A stretch of DNA of 41,766 nucleotides from a virus (taxonomy: Duplodnaviria; Caudoviricetes), in the IMG/VR virus record IMGVR_UViG_3300024181_000001, positions 1 to 41,766 of that record. One strand, 5' to 3'. This document shows, piece by piece, positions 28,343 through 36,317 of this stretch. The position numbers and the translations under genes are program-made. The notes under the pieces are model-generated. The model saw only the letters and a program-made list of their open reading frames with translations, ran no database searches and was not told the DNA's origin. Each line of letters begins with the position of its first letter. Positions within the stretch are counted from its first letter, which is position 1.

Positions 28343-28714
28343 CGCCGTAGGGCGCTCCTGCGCGGCGATGCAGGCATCAATCTGTTCGTCGATCTGATTC
28401 GCTTCCTTGTTATCGAAGCGGGGAACGATGCGCTTGACGAACGCAGTCCAAGTCTCGTTACCGCAGTCTCGCAGCCACCGATACCGTTCCGCGTCCTTAT
28501 GCCAATCAGACGAACGCACAGAATCCAGTTCTAGGCGAAGCGCGTCTCGCTCGGTCTCGGCACGCTCTTTCAATCGCCACGCATCCCGTCGCGCCTCATT
28601 GGCCGTTGAAATTGCCGCGTTCATGTCCGCGACCTGCCGCGCCAGACAGAGCGGACACATGCCGTCGGCGCAAGCTGTTTCGCGCTCGGCCAGATCGTGC
28701 GTGCAGTCAGTCAT
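28331..28714 (-). CDS. Ead/Ea22-like hypothetical protein
   Basis: CADGMCPLC, coiled coil, DAERYRWLR motif; GGAG RBS. Confidence 0.7.
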   Translation of the reverse strand: MTDCTHDLAERETACADGMCPLCLARQVADMNAAISTANEARRDAWRLKERAETERDALRLELDSVRSSDWHKDAERYRWLRDCGNETWTAFVKRIVPRFDNKEANQIDEQIDACIAAQERPTASEP

Positions 28715-28729
28715 GTGGTTCTCCAGACA

Positions 28730-29113
28730 ATAGGACCGGCCGTCACCGGAACTTCCCTCCGGCCTGCTTTGCTGCGCTCTGCTCTCGCTTATCGGGAACC
28801 CGTATCGTGGGCCAGACGCTTCCTACGTGTTTCTCCCGTTTGGTCGCCGTCTGCCGAGCCAAGCGCGGCGGCGAATCCCCGGCCGGTGCTGATTCAGGGA
28901 CGGTCCTGTTGCGGTCGGACATACCGCCTTCCCCCAGACCCGCGTGTCGTCTGTTTACCCGGGCGCGCAACCCGCCAGACGACAAAAAGCCCGTAAGGTG
29001 GGTTGGTCTGGAAGCGATGCGCGTGGACATCGGCAAGATATGCACCTGTGCGAGCACACCCTGCTACCAACCCCCTTACGGGCCTAGCCTCACGCGAGCC
29101 GCTTCCAAACGGC
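28730..29113 (-). ncRNA. Structured non-coding element, copy A (~390 nt)
   Basis: Multiple stems; homologous, with compensatory changes, to 35737-36290; shared 18-mer CCCGATAAGCGAGAGCAG at 28779-28796 (minus). Confidence 0.7.
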
Positions 29114-29128
29114 ACAACAGCGAGCACC

Positions 29129-29326
29129 TTACCACCCACAATTCGGGTTTTCAATCACTTCCGCAATGTCCGCTGCGGGAATGGCTATTCGCTTGTAATA
29201 CTCGTCTTCAATGATGACAAACGCACCCTCGAATTTGAGAGTCTTGGTGTAGCTTCCTCCAGCACGTCCTTCGTGGGGAAACTTGCGCTCAGTGCCATCT
29301 TTCATCTTGACTAGTATGCTGCTCAT
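29129..29326 (-). CDS. Hypothetical protein
   Basis: GAGG RBS; compact beta-rich ORF. Confidence 0.7.
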   Translation of the reverse strand: MSSILVKMKDGTERKFPHEGRAGGSYTKTLKFEGAFVIIEDEYYKRIAIPAADIAEVIENPNCGW

Positions 29327-29335
29327 CGCATCCTC

Positions 29336-29548
29336 TCAGCGCGGGTCGGCGGGGGCGGCGGGCGGGTCGGCCCGGTCGATTTCGTCCAGCACGTCCATGC
29401 TGGTCATAGATGCCGCTGACGACATTTCCGCATTGGACGTTCTGGCGATGACCTCGCGCAGCCGGTGCATGTAATCGAAGAATGGACTCTCGCCATGCAC
29501 CTTCACCAGGCGCTGATGAATCCAGATCAACAGTTCTCGTTCGGTCAT
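29336..29548 (-). CDS. Hypothetical protein
   Basis: MTERELLIWIHQRLVKVHGES...DYMHRLR. Confidence 0.65.
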   Translation of the reverse strand: MTERELLIWIHQRLVKVHGESPFFDYMHRLREVIARTSNAEMSSAASMTSMDVLDEIDRADPPAAPADPR

Positions 29549-29562
29549 CTCTCGCTCCGTCG

Positions 29563-30231
29563 CTATTCGGGCGCGGCGATCAATTGGGTGGTCAGTTGTT
29601 CCCAGGCCCGCTCGACATCTTCCAGAAATACCTTGGCGAAGGTTTCGATGTTGGCGATCTCGTCGCGGGTCGGCGTGAACCGGCGCACGAAGAGGCGCCG
29701 CTTTTCCTCCTTGATACGTGGGTCGAATGCGATGAATTCGCACCACTTGCGCCCGGTGCAAGCCATCTGGGCGAGCATCTGCGGTTTGTGTTCCTCTGGC
29801 ACCACGCCCGCCAGCAGCCATTCGACGTACTTGTTGGTGGTCGGGCACTTCACTTCGGCGTTGCCTTCGTCGCTGATGTGACCGTCAGGCGTGGCCCCGA
29901 AGTTGTCGATCATCGGGTGGTCGTAGAAGCCGCAGGGGTTGATCACGTTGCCGGTGGTGAACTGATAGACTTCCTTGGCCTCGGTTTCGTGATCCAAACC
30001 CCACTGCATCGCGTCGGAAACGTAATGGCGCACCGATAGCCCGGTCAGACGCTCGGCTAGCAGATCGCGGATCAGGTCCGAGCGGGCCTTGGCCGGGCGT
30101 CCGTCGCGCAGGATCGCCATCGCATCGCTCATCCGGCTCGCGGTGAGTTTGCCCGCGCGCTGGGCGAGCCAGGCCGCCATCTTGTCGGCTTCGAACGGAT
30201 CGTGGCCGGCCAGCATGTCGTTGACCTTCAT
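29563..30231 (-). CDS. YqaJ/lambda-exonuclease family recombination nuclease
   Basis: WLAQRAGKLTAS, MQWG..HE, GATPDG, EVKCP, QM.CTG..WC.F..FDPR. Confidence 0.92.
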   Translation of the reverse strand: MKVNDMLAGHDPFEADKMAAWLAQRAGKLTASRMSDAMAILRDGRPAKARSDLIRDLLAERLTGLSVRHYVSDAMQWGLDHETEAKEVYQFTTGNVINPCGFYDHPMIDNFGATPDGHISDEGNAEVKCPTTNKYVEWLLAGVVPEEHKPQMLAQMACTGRKWCEFIAFDPRIKEEKRRLFVRRFTPTRDEIANIETFAKVFLEDVERAWEQLTTQLIAAPE

Positions 30232-31232
30232 GCGACCTCCAGGGCGCGGTTGCAGACCTTGCGGATTTGGGCGCGGGCCTCGGCATCAGACAGGAAATCA
30301 TCCTCGACCAGACCGTGGATGACCTTGAGCGTGGTCAGCGGGTCGCGCTGGCGGTTCAGTTCCGCTTGTTTCCTAGCAATTGCTTCTCCCTGCTCGCGTA
30401 AGGCCCGTTCCTTCAAGGCGAGGTCTTCCAGTGCCAGCCGGTCGCGTTCATCCCGTTGCGCCTTGGCTTGCTCGTCCGCACGGTCCCGTGCCTCACGGGC
30501 AATCCTTGCCTCCTCGTCCAACCGCTTGCGCTCGGCCGCGGCAGCGGCATCCAGCGCAGCCTTGGCGGTTCGTTCCTCGTCCTGTCGGCGTAGGGTCGCC
30601 TCGCGGTCGATCGCGTCCTGAGCGGCCTTCTGCGCGGCCAGTTCCTGTGCCTGTAGCCGCAGCCGTTCGGCCTCTAGCTCGTTGGCGATAGCCGCGGTGT
30701 GCATCTCGCGCAGCTTGGCGAGCGTTTCGTCGCGGGCCTGCACGCCAAGATAGGCAAGCTCCTGGTAGCCAGCCTCGTCCACCACGGTCGCGGTCAGGTC
30801 TTCAACCATCTTGGCGATGCTGATGGCAGTCTTGCCGATGGCCGTGGTGACGTAGCCGCGGATGCCGGCGATGCGGGCCTGGATCGCGGCCAGACGCTCG
30901 GTTTCCTTGCGCTCGCGCTCCTTCTTCTCGGCTTCCTTGCGTCCTTCCTCGGCCTTGATCTGGCTGTCGATAGGCGCTTCCAGCGCCAGTATCTCGGCGG
31001 TGATGGCCTTGGCTTCGGCGTCGATCAGGCGCGTACGTTCCAGCGCCGGGGCCTTGAGTTTCACCCGCATGGCCTCCAGCGACGTGCGCAGCGTCACGCA
31101 CTCGCGCCGGTCCTTGCGCGCCTTCTCCATGCCGGCCCCGGTGGTCACGTCGTAGACGACGCTCCCAAGCCGGGACCGCAACTCGGCCAACCCGGAGACG
31201 GTGGCTGAGTATTCGGTGATCTGCGTGGTCAT
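30228..31232 (-). CDS. Long coiled-coil protein
   Basis: MTTQITEYS...; extended Ala/Glu/Arg heptads within the recombination cluster. Confidence 0.75.
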   Translation of the reverse strand: MTTQITEYSATVSGLAELRSRLGSVVYDVTTGAGMEKARKDRRECVTLRTSLEAMRVKLKAPALERTRLIDAEAKAITAEILALEAPIDSQIKAEEGRKEAEKKERERKETERLAAIQARIAGIRGYVTTAIGKTAISIAKMVEDLTATVVDEAGYQELAYLGVQARDETLAKLREMHTAAIANELEAERLRLQAQELAAQKAAQDAIDREATLRRQDEERTAKAALDAAAAAERKRLDEEARIAREARDRADEQAKAQRDERDRLALEDLALKERALREQGEAIARKQAELNRQRDPLTTLKVIHGLVEDDFLSDAEARAQIRKVCNRALEVA

Positions 31233-31825
31233 TGCGGGATGTCGCTGAAATCGTCGCCGGCCTGTCGCTTGGGCTGTGCGTCGGCCTTGACGGCTGCTGC
31301 TTTCATCTTTTCCAGTTGCGGACGCAGTTGGTTGCGAATGGCGTCGGAATAGCCGACCCAGGCCACGCGAAGCGCCTCGACACCGTTGTTGCTGGCGTCC
31401 CACAACTCCTGCTCGGCATTGGCGAGTGTGTTGGTCGATACCGATGCCGCTTGCTCGAAATCGTCGGCCCCATTGCCACTGACTTGCCGCGGCGGTGCCG
31501 CTTGCCGGTGCGCCCTAATCCGAATCCCTCCGACCAGTTCTTTGCCGAAGCTCACGTTCGGGTCGTCGTAGATGATGATCTTCTTGCCGATCCAATCGTC
31601 GGTTTCGTCCGAGCCTAGCGCTTTCTCGGCAAGCTGGATGTTGGTGCCGTTCATTACCATGCCCTTCGGGAACTCGCGGAAGTACATCACCCACTTATGC
31701 TCGGCGGGCTTTCCTTCCTGCGCCATGTTGACGCGCTCGAACGCCTTGATGGTGACGACCGTGCCATCTTCGCCCGCGTCATCCTTGGTCAAATATTTCG
31801 ACTCGATCATGGTGGAAGTTTTCAT
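31229..31825 (-). CDS. Putative OB-fold ssDNA-binding/recombination protein
   Basis: SKYL...N.TN...ETDDWIGKKI.....V.FG...GGIRIR; acidic tail DDFSDIPQ; near the exonuclease. Confidence 0.65.
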   Translation of the reverse strand: MKTSTMIESKYLTKDDAGEDGTVVTIKAFERVNMAQEGKPAEHKWVMYFREFPKGMVMNGTNIQLAEKALGSDETDDWIGKKIIIYDDPNVSFGKELVGGIRIRAHRQAAPPRQVSGNGADDFEQAASVSTNTLANAEQELWDASNNGVEALRVAWVGYSDAIRNQLRPQLEKMKAAAVKADAQPKRQAGDDFSDIPQ

Positions 31826-32040
31826 GCTGGTTCTCCCTTGTCTCCAAACTGCGCTTGGTATTCCTGTTCGGTCAGCGGCTTGACGATACGGTCCTGTACG
31901 GGACGCATTTTGCCGTTACGCAAGACACGGTCGCACACGTGCAGAATCCGACCGAATGCGGTCCAGTCGTCAACATCGTGTGCGTCCTGTGCTAACTGGT
32001 CGATCTCCTGCAATGCTGCGAGCAATTTATTCCTATCCAT
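31822..32040 (-). CDS. Hypothetical protein
   Basis: AGGAG RBS; coupled to neighbours. Confidence 0.55.
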   Translation of the reverse strand: MDRNKLLAALQEIDQLAQDAHDVDDWTAFGRILHVCDRVLRNGKMRPVQDRIVKPLTEQEYQAQFGDKGEPA

Positions 32041-32200
32041 TGCTGTGCTCCTGTTGGTCTTGCTGCTCTCGTGCGCCGAGATTGGCCGCATCACTGTCGT
32101 CATGGTCCGGGTCTTCCGGGTACTCGTCCTGTGGAACCGTGCTTTGTGCTGTTCCCATCTGGCGCAACAGTTGATTGGCAAACTCGACCATGTCCATCAT
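32033..32200 (-). CDS. Small acidic hypothetical protein
   Basis: GAGG RBS; coupled. Confidence 0.5.
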   Translation of the reverse strand: MMDMVEFANQLLRQMGTAQSTVPQDEYPEDPDHDDSDAANLGAREQQDQQEHSNG

Positions 32201-32460
32201 TTCCTCCCTCCCTTCGTCCACTTCCTGTCGCTGCGCCACGTTGCGGCGTGGCTGCGGCGCACATGCTCGGCGTCGCGCTTGGCGCGGGCCTGAGCCTCGC
32301 GGCAGCGGGCGTCGCAGGCGGCGTTGATGCGGGTGATGGCGGCGCGAATGAGCGCGTCCAGATCGAACGGCTCGGGTTCCAATTGATCCCGGTAATCGTG
32401 CAGCCACGACAGATAATCGTGGCGCAGATCATTGCGCAATTCTTGGTCAAACTCTTTCAT
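32197..32460 (-). CDS. Hypothetical protein
   Basis: ATGA overlaps. Confidence 0.55.
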   Translation of the reverse strand: MKEFDQELRNDLRHDYLSWLHDYRDQLEPEPFDLDALIRAAITRINAACDARCREAQARAKRDAEHVRRSHAATWRSDRKWTKGGRK

Positions 32461-32627
32461 TTCGGCCTGCCCTTGCAATCGTAAACCCGATCCGAATAGG
32501 TAAACACGCCCGCCTTGTCGCAGTCCTTCGCGACCGAATAAGCGCCAAGGCTATACATCAATCCGCCGATACAGAAAAGCAAAATCATTACCGCTGCCGT
32601 GATAAAAACTGCGAATTCATTAGGCAT
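32457..32627 (-). CDS. Small membrane protein
   Basis: One TM segment plus C..C; GGAG RBS. Confidence 0.55.
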   Translation of the reverse strand: MPNEFAVFITAAVMILLFCIGGLMYSLGAYSVAKDCDKAGVFTYSDRVYDCKGRPK

Positions 32628-32871
32628 CGTCGTCACTCCCTTGCGCCTCGCGCCCCTTGGGTTTAGGCCCGCGCGTGGGCGCAATGTAGCGCACCGCCGG
32701 CGCCGGATCGAGCCGGGAGCGCACCAGGTCGAGCGCATCCTGTTTTGTGATCCGCGTCACCCGCTGCTCGATCACCTTGCCGTCCAAGCGGATCTCGTAC
32801 ACCACCGGCAGCAGGCGTTGCAGCGTCGCGCGGCGGGTGATGGTGACGCGGGCGGGGTCGAGAGCTACCAT
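32620..32871 (-). CDS. Hypothetical protein
   Basis: Overlaps both neighbours in the operon. Confidence 0.5.
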   Translation of the reverse strand: MVALDPARVTITRRATLQRLLPVVYEIRLDGKVIEQRVTRITKQDALDLVRSRLDPAPAVRYIAPTRGPKPKGREAQGSDDDA

Positions 32872-33059
32872 TCGCCCCATCCCATGCGCTCGTCCAGTTC
32901 GCGGTGCGCCTCCTCGCGCTTGGCCCGCAATTGATCGCGCAACTCGCGTTCGCACTCCCTCGCGCCGCAGGTATCGGTGCGGTCGTAGTAGCGGTTCTGG
33001 ATCACGCCCAGCGACTTGCCGCAGTTCCAGCAGAAGCGTTCCTTCGCGTCGGTGCTCAT
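32865..33059 (-). CDS. Small zinc-finger protein
   Basis: CWNC...CGAREC. Confidence 0.65.
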   Translation of the reverse strand: MSTDAKERFCWNCGKSLGVIQNRYYDRTDTCGARECERELRDQLRAKREEAHRELDERMGWGEW

Positions 33060-33226
33060 GCTAGCAACCCCGCGAGCGCGATGGTGACCAAGGCCAGCGC
33101 GAGGCCGACCGCGTAGCCCTGCCACGCCGGGCGATGGCCGGCGAAGTCGCTGCGACGCAAACCGGACTGCCGAACGAAGGTGAAATGTTCGGGCTGGTAC
33201 GAGTTCAGGTATTCGCGTTCTCTCAT
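33056..33226 (-). CDS. Small protein with C-terminal TM segment (56 aa)
   Basis: AAGGAG RBS; ATGA overlaps; not in the ORF track. Confidence 0.6.
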   Translation of the reverse strand: MREREYLNSYQPEHFTFVRQSGLRRSDFAGHRPAWQGYAVGLALALVTIALAGLLA

Positions 33227-33456
33227 TTGCGCTCCTTACGGTGAAAGATCAGCACGTCATCACCCAGCAATTGCCCGATCGTGTGTGGCTCGCTGATAAA
33301 CTCGATCCGTGGCCCGAACTGCGCCTCGCCTTCGGCCTGCAATTGCTTGCGCCACGCCTCCGTCTCGTCGGCCATGCTCGGTGGCAGCGGGTGCCAGATG
33401 CGCGCCGGGTCGAGCCGGTTCGCAAGTTTGTGGAGGCGGTGCGCGAGCCACTTCAT
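33223..33456 (-). CDS. First leftward early protein (no HTH seen)
   Basis: ATG just downstream of the leftward promoter. Confidence 0.55.
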   Translation of the reverse strand: MKWLAHRLHKLANRLDPARIWHPLPPSMADETEAWRKQLQAEGEAQFGPRIEFISEPHTIGQLLGDDVLIFHRKERK

Positions 33457-33459
33457 GGA

Positions 33460-33577
33460 CCAAAGTATCGTCTGTGCATGTCTAACTTGTCCAATTGATT
33501 GTTGTTATTAATGTTACGTATGTCGATAACAAAAGCTAATTGGACAATTGGACATCGGTTCTATAGGATTGTTCGGC
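33460..33577. promoter_or_regulatory. Divergent early promoters with inverted AATTGGACA operators
   Basis: Rightward TGGACA(33541-33546)-17-TAGGAT; leftward TGGACA(33488-33493)-18-GATACT; TTGTCCAATT/AATTGGACAA inverted pair; AT-rich. Confidence 0.7.
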
Positions 33578-33739
33578 ATGGACCTGTACGCAAGACTGAT
33601 CGAACGCTTCGGAACCGGTCGCGCCGTAGCGCGCGTGCTTGGACTCCCTGAGCAGCGAGTCTACAAGTGGCGGGTGCGTGGCGTGCCGAAGAAGTATAAC
33701 AAACAAGCCGAGCGCGCGTTGAACAGGAACGGGCAATGA
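33578..33739 (+). CDS. Cro-like HTH regulator
   Basis: LIERFGTGRAVARVLGLPEQRVYKWRVRGVP. Confidence 0.85.
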   Translation: MDLYARLIERFGTGRAVARVLGLPEQRVYKWRVRGVPKKYNKQAERALNRNGQ

Positions 33740-34629
33740 TTGTCGTCACCGCAGGGGTGTTGCGCAAGATATTTTCCGGCGAGCCGCTGACTCGGCACGT
33801 CGGGATTATTCCTGCCGGCGGGCGGCCCAAGGGCAGCAAGAATCTGGCGGCGCGAATCGACAAAGGTCAACGCCGACGGCAACTGCATCAGCCGCGTGAC
33901 GAGGAAATGATCACGATGCACCATGACGGCAAGACGTTGGAGGAAATCGGGCAGCACTTCAACCTCACACGCGAGCGGGTGCGGCAGATTCTTGCATTGC
34001 ATGGACTCACGCGCCTTGACGGCGGGAACTCGACCAAGATGTTTTTGTCGGCGCAAGATCGAATCCAGAAAGAAAAAGAGCTTCTGGCAAAACGAGAGGC
34101 GCGAATATGGAAACAAACGGGGATGACGCTTGATCAGTGGCAGGACCACGTTTCTATCTATGGCAATGATAGCGACAAGCGATCCCCGTTTCACAAGTTC
34201 AAGAACCAGAAAAACAGCGCACGTCACCGTCTCATCGAATGGCGATTGACTTTCAAGGAATGGTGGGAGCTTTGGCAGGAATCAGGGCATTGGCACGAAC
34301 GCGGACCGGGCAAAAGCTATTGCATGGCCCGATACGGAGACAGTGGGGCCTACGCCGTCGAGAACGTTTATATCTGCACAGTGGGCGAGAACTTCTCCGA
34401 CTCGTATATAGTCAAGCCGTGGCATGAACGCTGGCCTAGTGGCCATCCCGGTTCGCACGCACGAAAAGGTCGCGGCTGGACTTATATATCGAAGCTCAAG
34501 ACCAATCCTTATCGGGCGCAATGCGCCAAAAAATATCTGGGTCAATTCCCGACTGCGGAGGCGGCACACGCTGCATACTTGGAAGCGCGTCGGCAACTCC
34601 TCGGCGGCAACGGCAAGGCGCGGGCATGA
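33736..34629 (+). CDS. Sigma70-r4 HTH + HNH-like + AP2-like multidomain protein
   Basis: TLEEIGQHFNLTRERVRQI; LTFKEWW...CMARYGDSGAYAVENV....N; YLGQFPTAEAAHAAY. Confidence 0.75.
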   Translation: MIVVTAGVLRKIFSGEPLTRHVGIIPAGGRPKGSKNLAARIDKGQRRRQLHQPRDEEMITMHHDGKTLEEIGQHFNLTRERVRQILALHGLTRLDGGNSTKMFLSAQDRIQKEKELLAKREARIWKQTGMTLDQWQDHVSIYGNDSDKRSPFHKFKNQKNSARHRLIEWRLTFKEWWELWQESGHWHERGPGKSYCMARYGDSGAYAVENVYICTVGENFSDSYIVKPWHERWPSGHPGSHARKGRGWTYISKLKTNPYRAQCAKKYLGQFPTAEAAHAAYLEARRQLLGGNGKARA

Positions 34630-34808
34630 GCGAGCCGAAATTGCGCTGGTACGTCAAGAAATCGTGGCAAGCCGCCCCAGGAAGCTGGGCCGTGGAATGG
34701 CCGCGCAACGCGGAGTTGGTGGAGGAAAAGACGCTGCAATACTTAGACGACGACGGCCAATGGAAAGAATTACCACAGATCCAAGGTCCGAGGCCCGCTC
34801 ACCCATGA
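34626..34808 (+). CDS. Hypothetical protein
   Basis: ATGA overlaps; KLRWYV...LQY....W..LP. Confidence 0.6.
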   Translation: MSEPKLRWYVKKSWQAAPGSWAVEWPRNAELVEEKTLQYLDDDGQWKELPQIQGPRPAHP

Positions 34809-35173
34809 CCGCCCCGCGCTCCGCCGCGCCGCGAGCCTCCCAGTACGCGCTCGGGCGGCTACCGGCCGGACACATGAACCAGACCGAGGCGCACTATGCC
34901 GGCCACCTCGAATGGCGCAAGTCCTGCGGCGACGTGAAGTGGTATCGGTTCGAAGGGCTCAAGTTCCGGCTCGCCGACAACACGTTCTATACGCCCGACT
35001 TCGCGGTGATGCGTGGCGACGGCCAGATCGAGCTGCACGAGGTCAAGGGGTTCTGGCAGGACGACGCCAGGGCCAAGATCAAGATCGCCGCCGAGATGTA
35101 CCCGTTTCTGTTCCTGGCCGTCACCGCGCAGGCGAAGAAGCACGGCGGGGGCTGGAAGGTGGAGCAGTTCTGA
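34805..35173 (+). CDS. PD-(D/E)XK endonuclease (DUF1064/resolvase-like)
   Basis: MNQTEAHY, YTPDF, HEVKG, KIK motifs. Confidence 0.85.
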   Translation: MTAPRSAAPRASQYALGRLPAGHMNQTEAHYAGHLEWRKSCGDVKWYRFEGLKFRLADNTFYTPDFAVMRGDGQIELHEVKGFWQDDARAKIKIAAEMYPFLFLAVTAQAKKHGGGWKVEQF

Positions 35174-35305
35174 GGCCCCCTAGCGGCGGCGGCGATGGGA
35201 CAAGATTCCGACAATTGGATTGCCGACTTGGCGCTGCGACATCTGCCGGGGCAACGGCGGCTGGTGGCACTGCTATACCTGCGCGCCGGAAGAAGGAGAT
35301 GAAGC

Positions 35306-35692
35306 ATGAATCCTGATGACGTGGTTGGCCACAAGACTTTCCATGATGGCAAGGGCGGATTTCGGCATGAACCGCTGACCCGCGCGGATGCTGACTCCAT
35401 TATGGCGCGGGTCGAGGCAGCCATTGCAGAGCGTGCTGGCCGCTATCCGACCGCGGAGGACGCGGTTACGGCGGTCTGGGGCGCGGTCCAGCGGCTCAAG
35501 GAACTGGGCTGGAAGGACGCTCGCTACGCCCCGCCTAATGGCAAGATGGTGTCGGTGATCGAGGTCGGCTGCTCGGCAATCCTCGCGGCCTATTGCGATC
35601 CTGGCGCGGGCCTTGGCGACCGGTACTGGTGGCATCCGGCCGAAGGCGACCTGTGGCCATGCCATCCGATCCTGTACTTGGACGAGGCGTAG
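35306..35692 (+). CDS. Hypothetical protein
   Basis: AAGGAG RBS; RLKELGW...YAP..G motif. Confidence 0.7.
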   Translation: MNPDDVVGHKTFHDGKGGFRHEPLTRADADSIMARVEAAIAERAGRYPTAEDAVTAVWGAVQRLKELGWKDARYAPPNGKMVSVIEVGCSAILAAYCDPGAGLGDRYWWHPAEGDLWPCHPILYLDEA

Positions 35693-35703
35693 GACAAATC
35701 CTA

Positions 35704-35732
35704 TTGCATCCGCGCGCGAGCCTTGCTATGAT
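35704..35732 (+). promoter_or_regulatory. Sigma70-like promoter driving ncRNA copy B
   Basis: TTGCAT-17 nt-TATGAT with extended -10 TG; first hairpin begins 4 nt downstream. Confidence 0.7.
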
Positions 35733-35736
35733 TGCC

Positions 35737-36290
35737 GTGCTGTCTGGAAACAGCACTTTTGGGACAGGCCCTAAACAGGGTCGGGAGCGGGGAAACCCGC
35801 CGGTGTCCGAAAGCATCGTTCCAGCCCACCCCTGTTTAGGGCTTTGTCATGGATCAATGGTACTGCAAGGTAAGCGGCGAAGCGGGGCCCCGAGTCCCGC
35901 ACAAGACGTTAGCCAAGGCCTACACCGAAGCGCGGCGGTTGTTCGATCTTCACGGTCGGACCCGCCGCGTTTACGTTTTGGAGGTCATCGGCACCATCGA
36001 GCCGGAAGCAGACCAGCCCCAGACCATGGTGCGCGACAGCCGTACACCGGACGGACCAAGGGTCTGACCCCGCCGCGCGGAGGAGCAGGGTTGGTCTGTG
36101 GCGCCTTAGTCCACCGCCCCTACACTAACAAGCCGGGGGTTCGGGGCCAGCACGACGCGGCAGCCCCGACGAAACGGGTTAAGCACGTATGGCCTGCGTA
36201 CCCGCCCCGCATACTGGGCGACCCGATAAGCGAGAGCAGCGTGCAGTCCAAAACAGTCACCGTTGGGGCCTTCCTGGTGAGGGCTTGTCT
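35737..36290 (+). ncRNA. Structured non-coding element, copy B (interrupted by a ~170-nt coding insert)
   Basis: 13-bp perfect stem 35768-35780/35830-35842; homology to copy A on both sides of the insert. Confidence 0.7.
35849..36067 (+). CDS. Small protein embedded in ncRNA copy B
   Basis: P...H.T...A..EA.RL.......VYVLE..G pattern; 3' end runs into the conserved element. Confidence 0.55.
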   Translation: MDQWYCKVSGEAGPRVPHKTLAKAYTEARRLFDLHGRTRRVYVLEVIGTIEPEADQPQTMVRDSRTPDGPRV

Positions 36291-36317
36291 TTTCTCCGCT
36301 CTAAGGGAGGATTGAGT

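Noticed and set aside
28743-29154. Minus-strand ORFs across element A and + strand ORFs across element B (35593-36315, 36189 extension)
   Set aside because: No RBS, atypical composition, and A/B similarity is better explained by stems with compensatory changes and indels than by protein conservation
35760-35848. tRNA, or group I/II intron, interpretation of the multi-stem structure
   Set aside because: No T-loop/D-loop consensus or CCA end; no recognisable intron core motifs and no interrupted host gene
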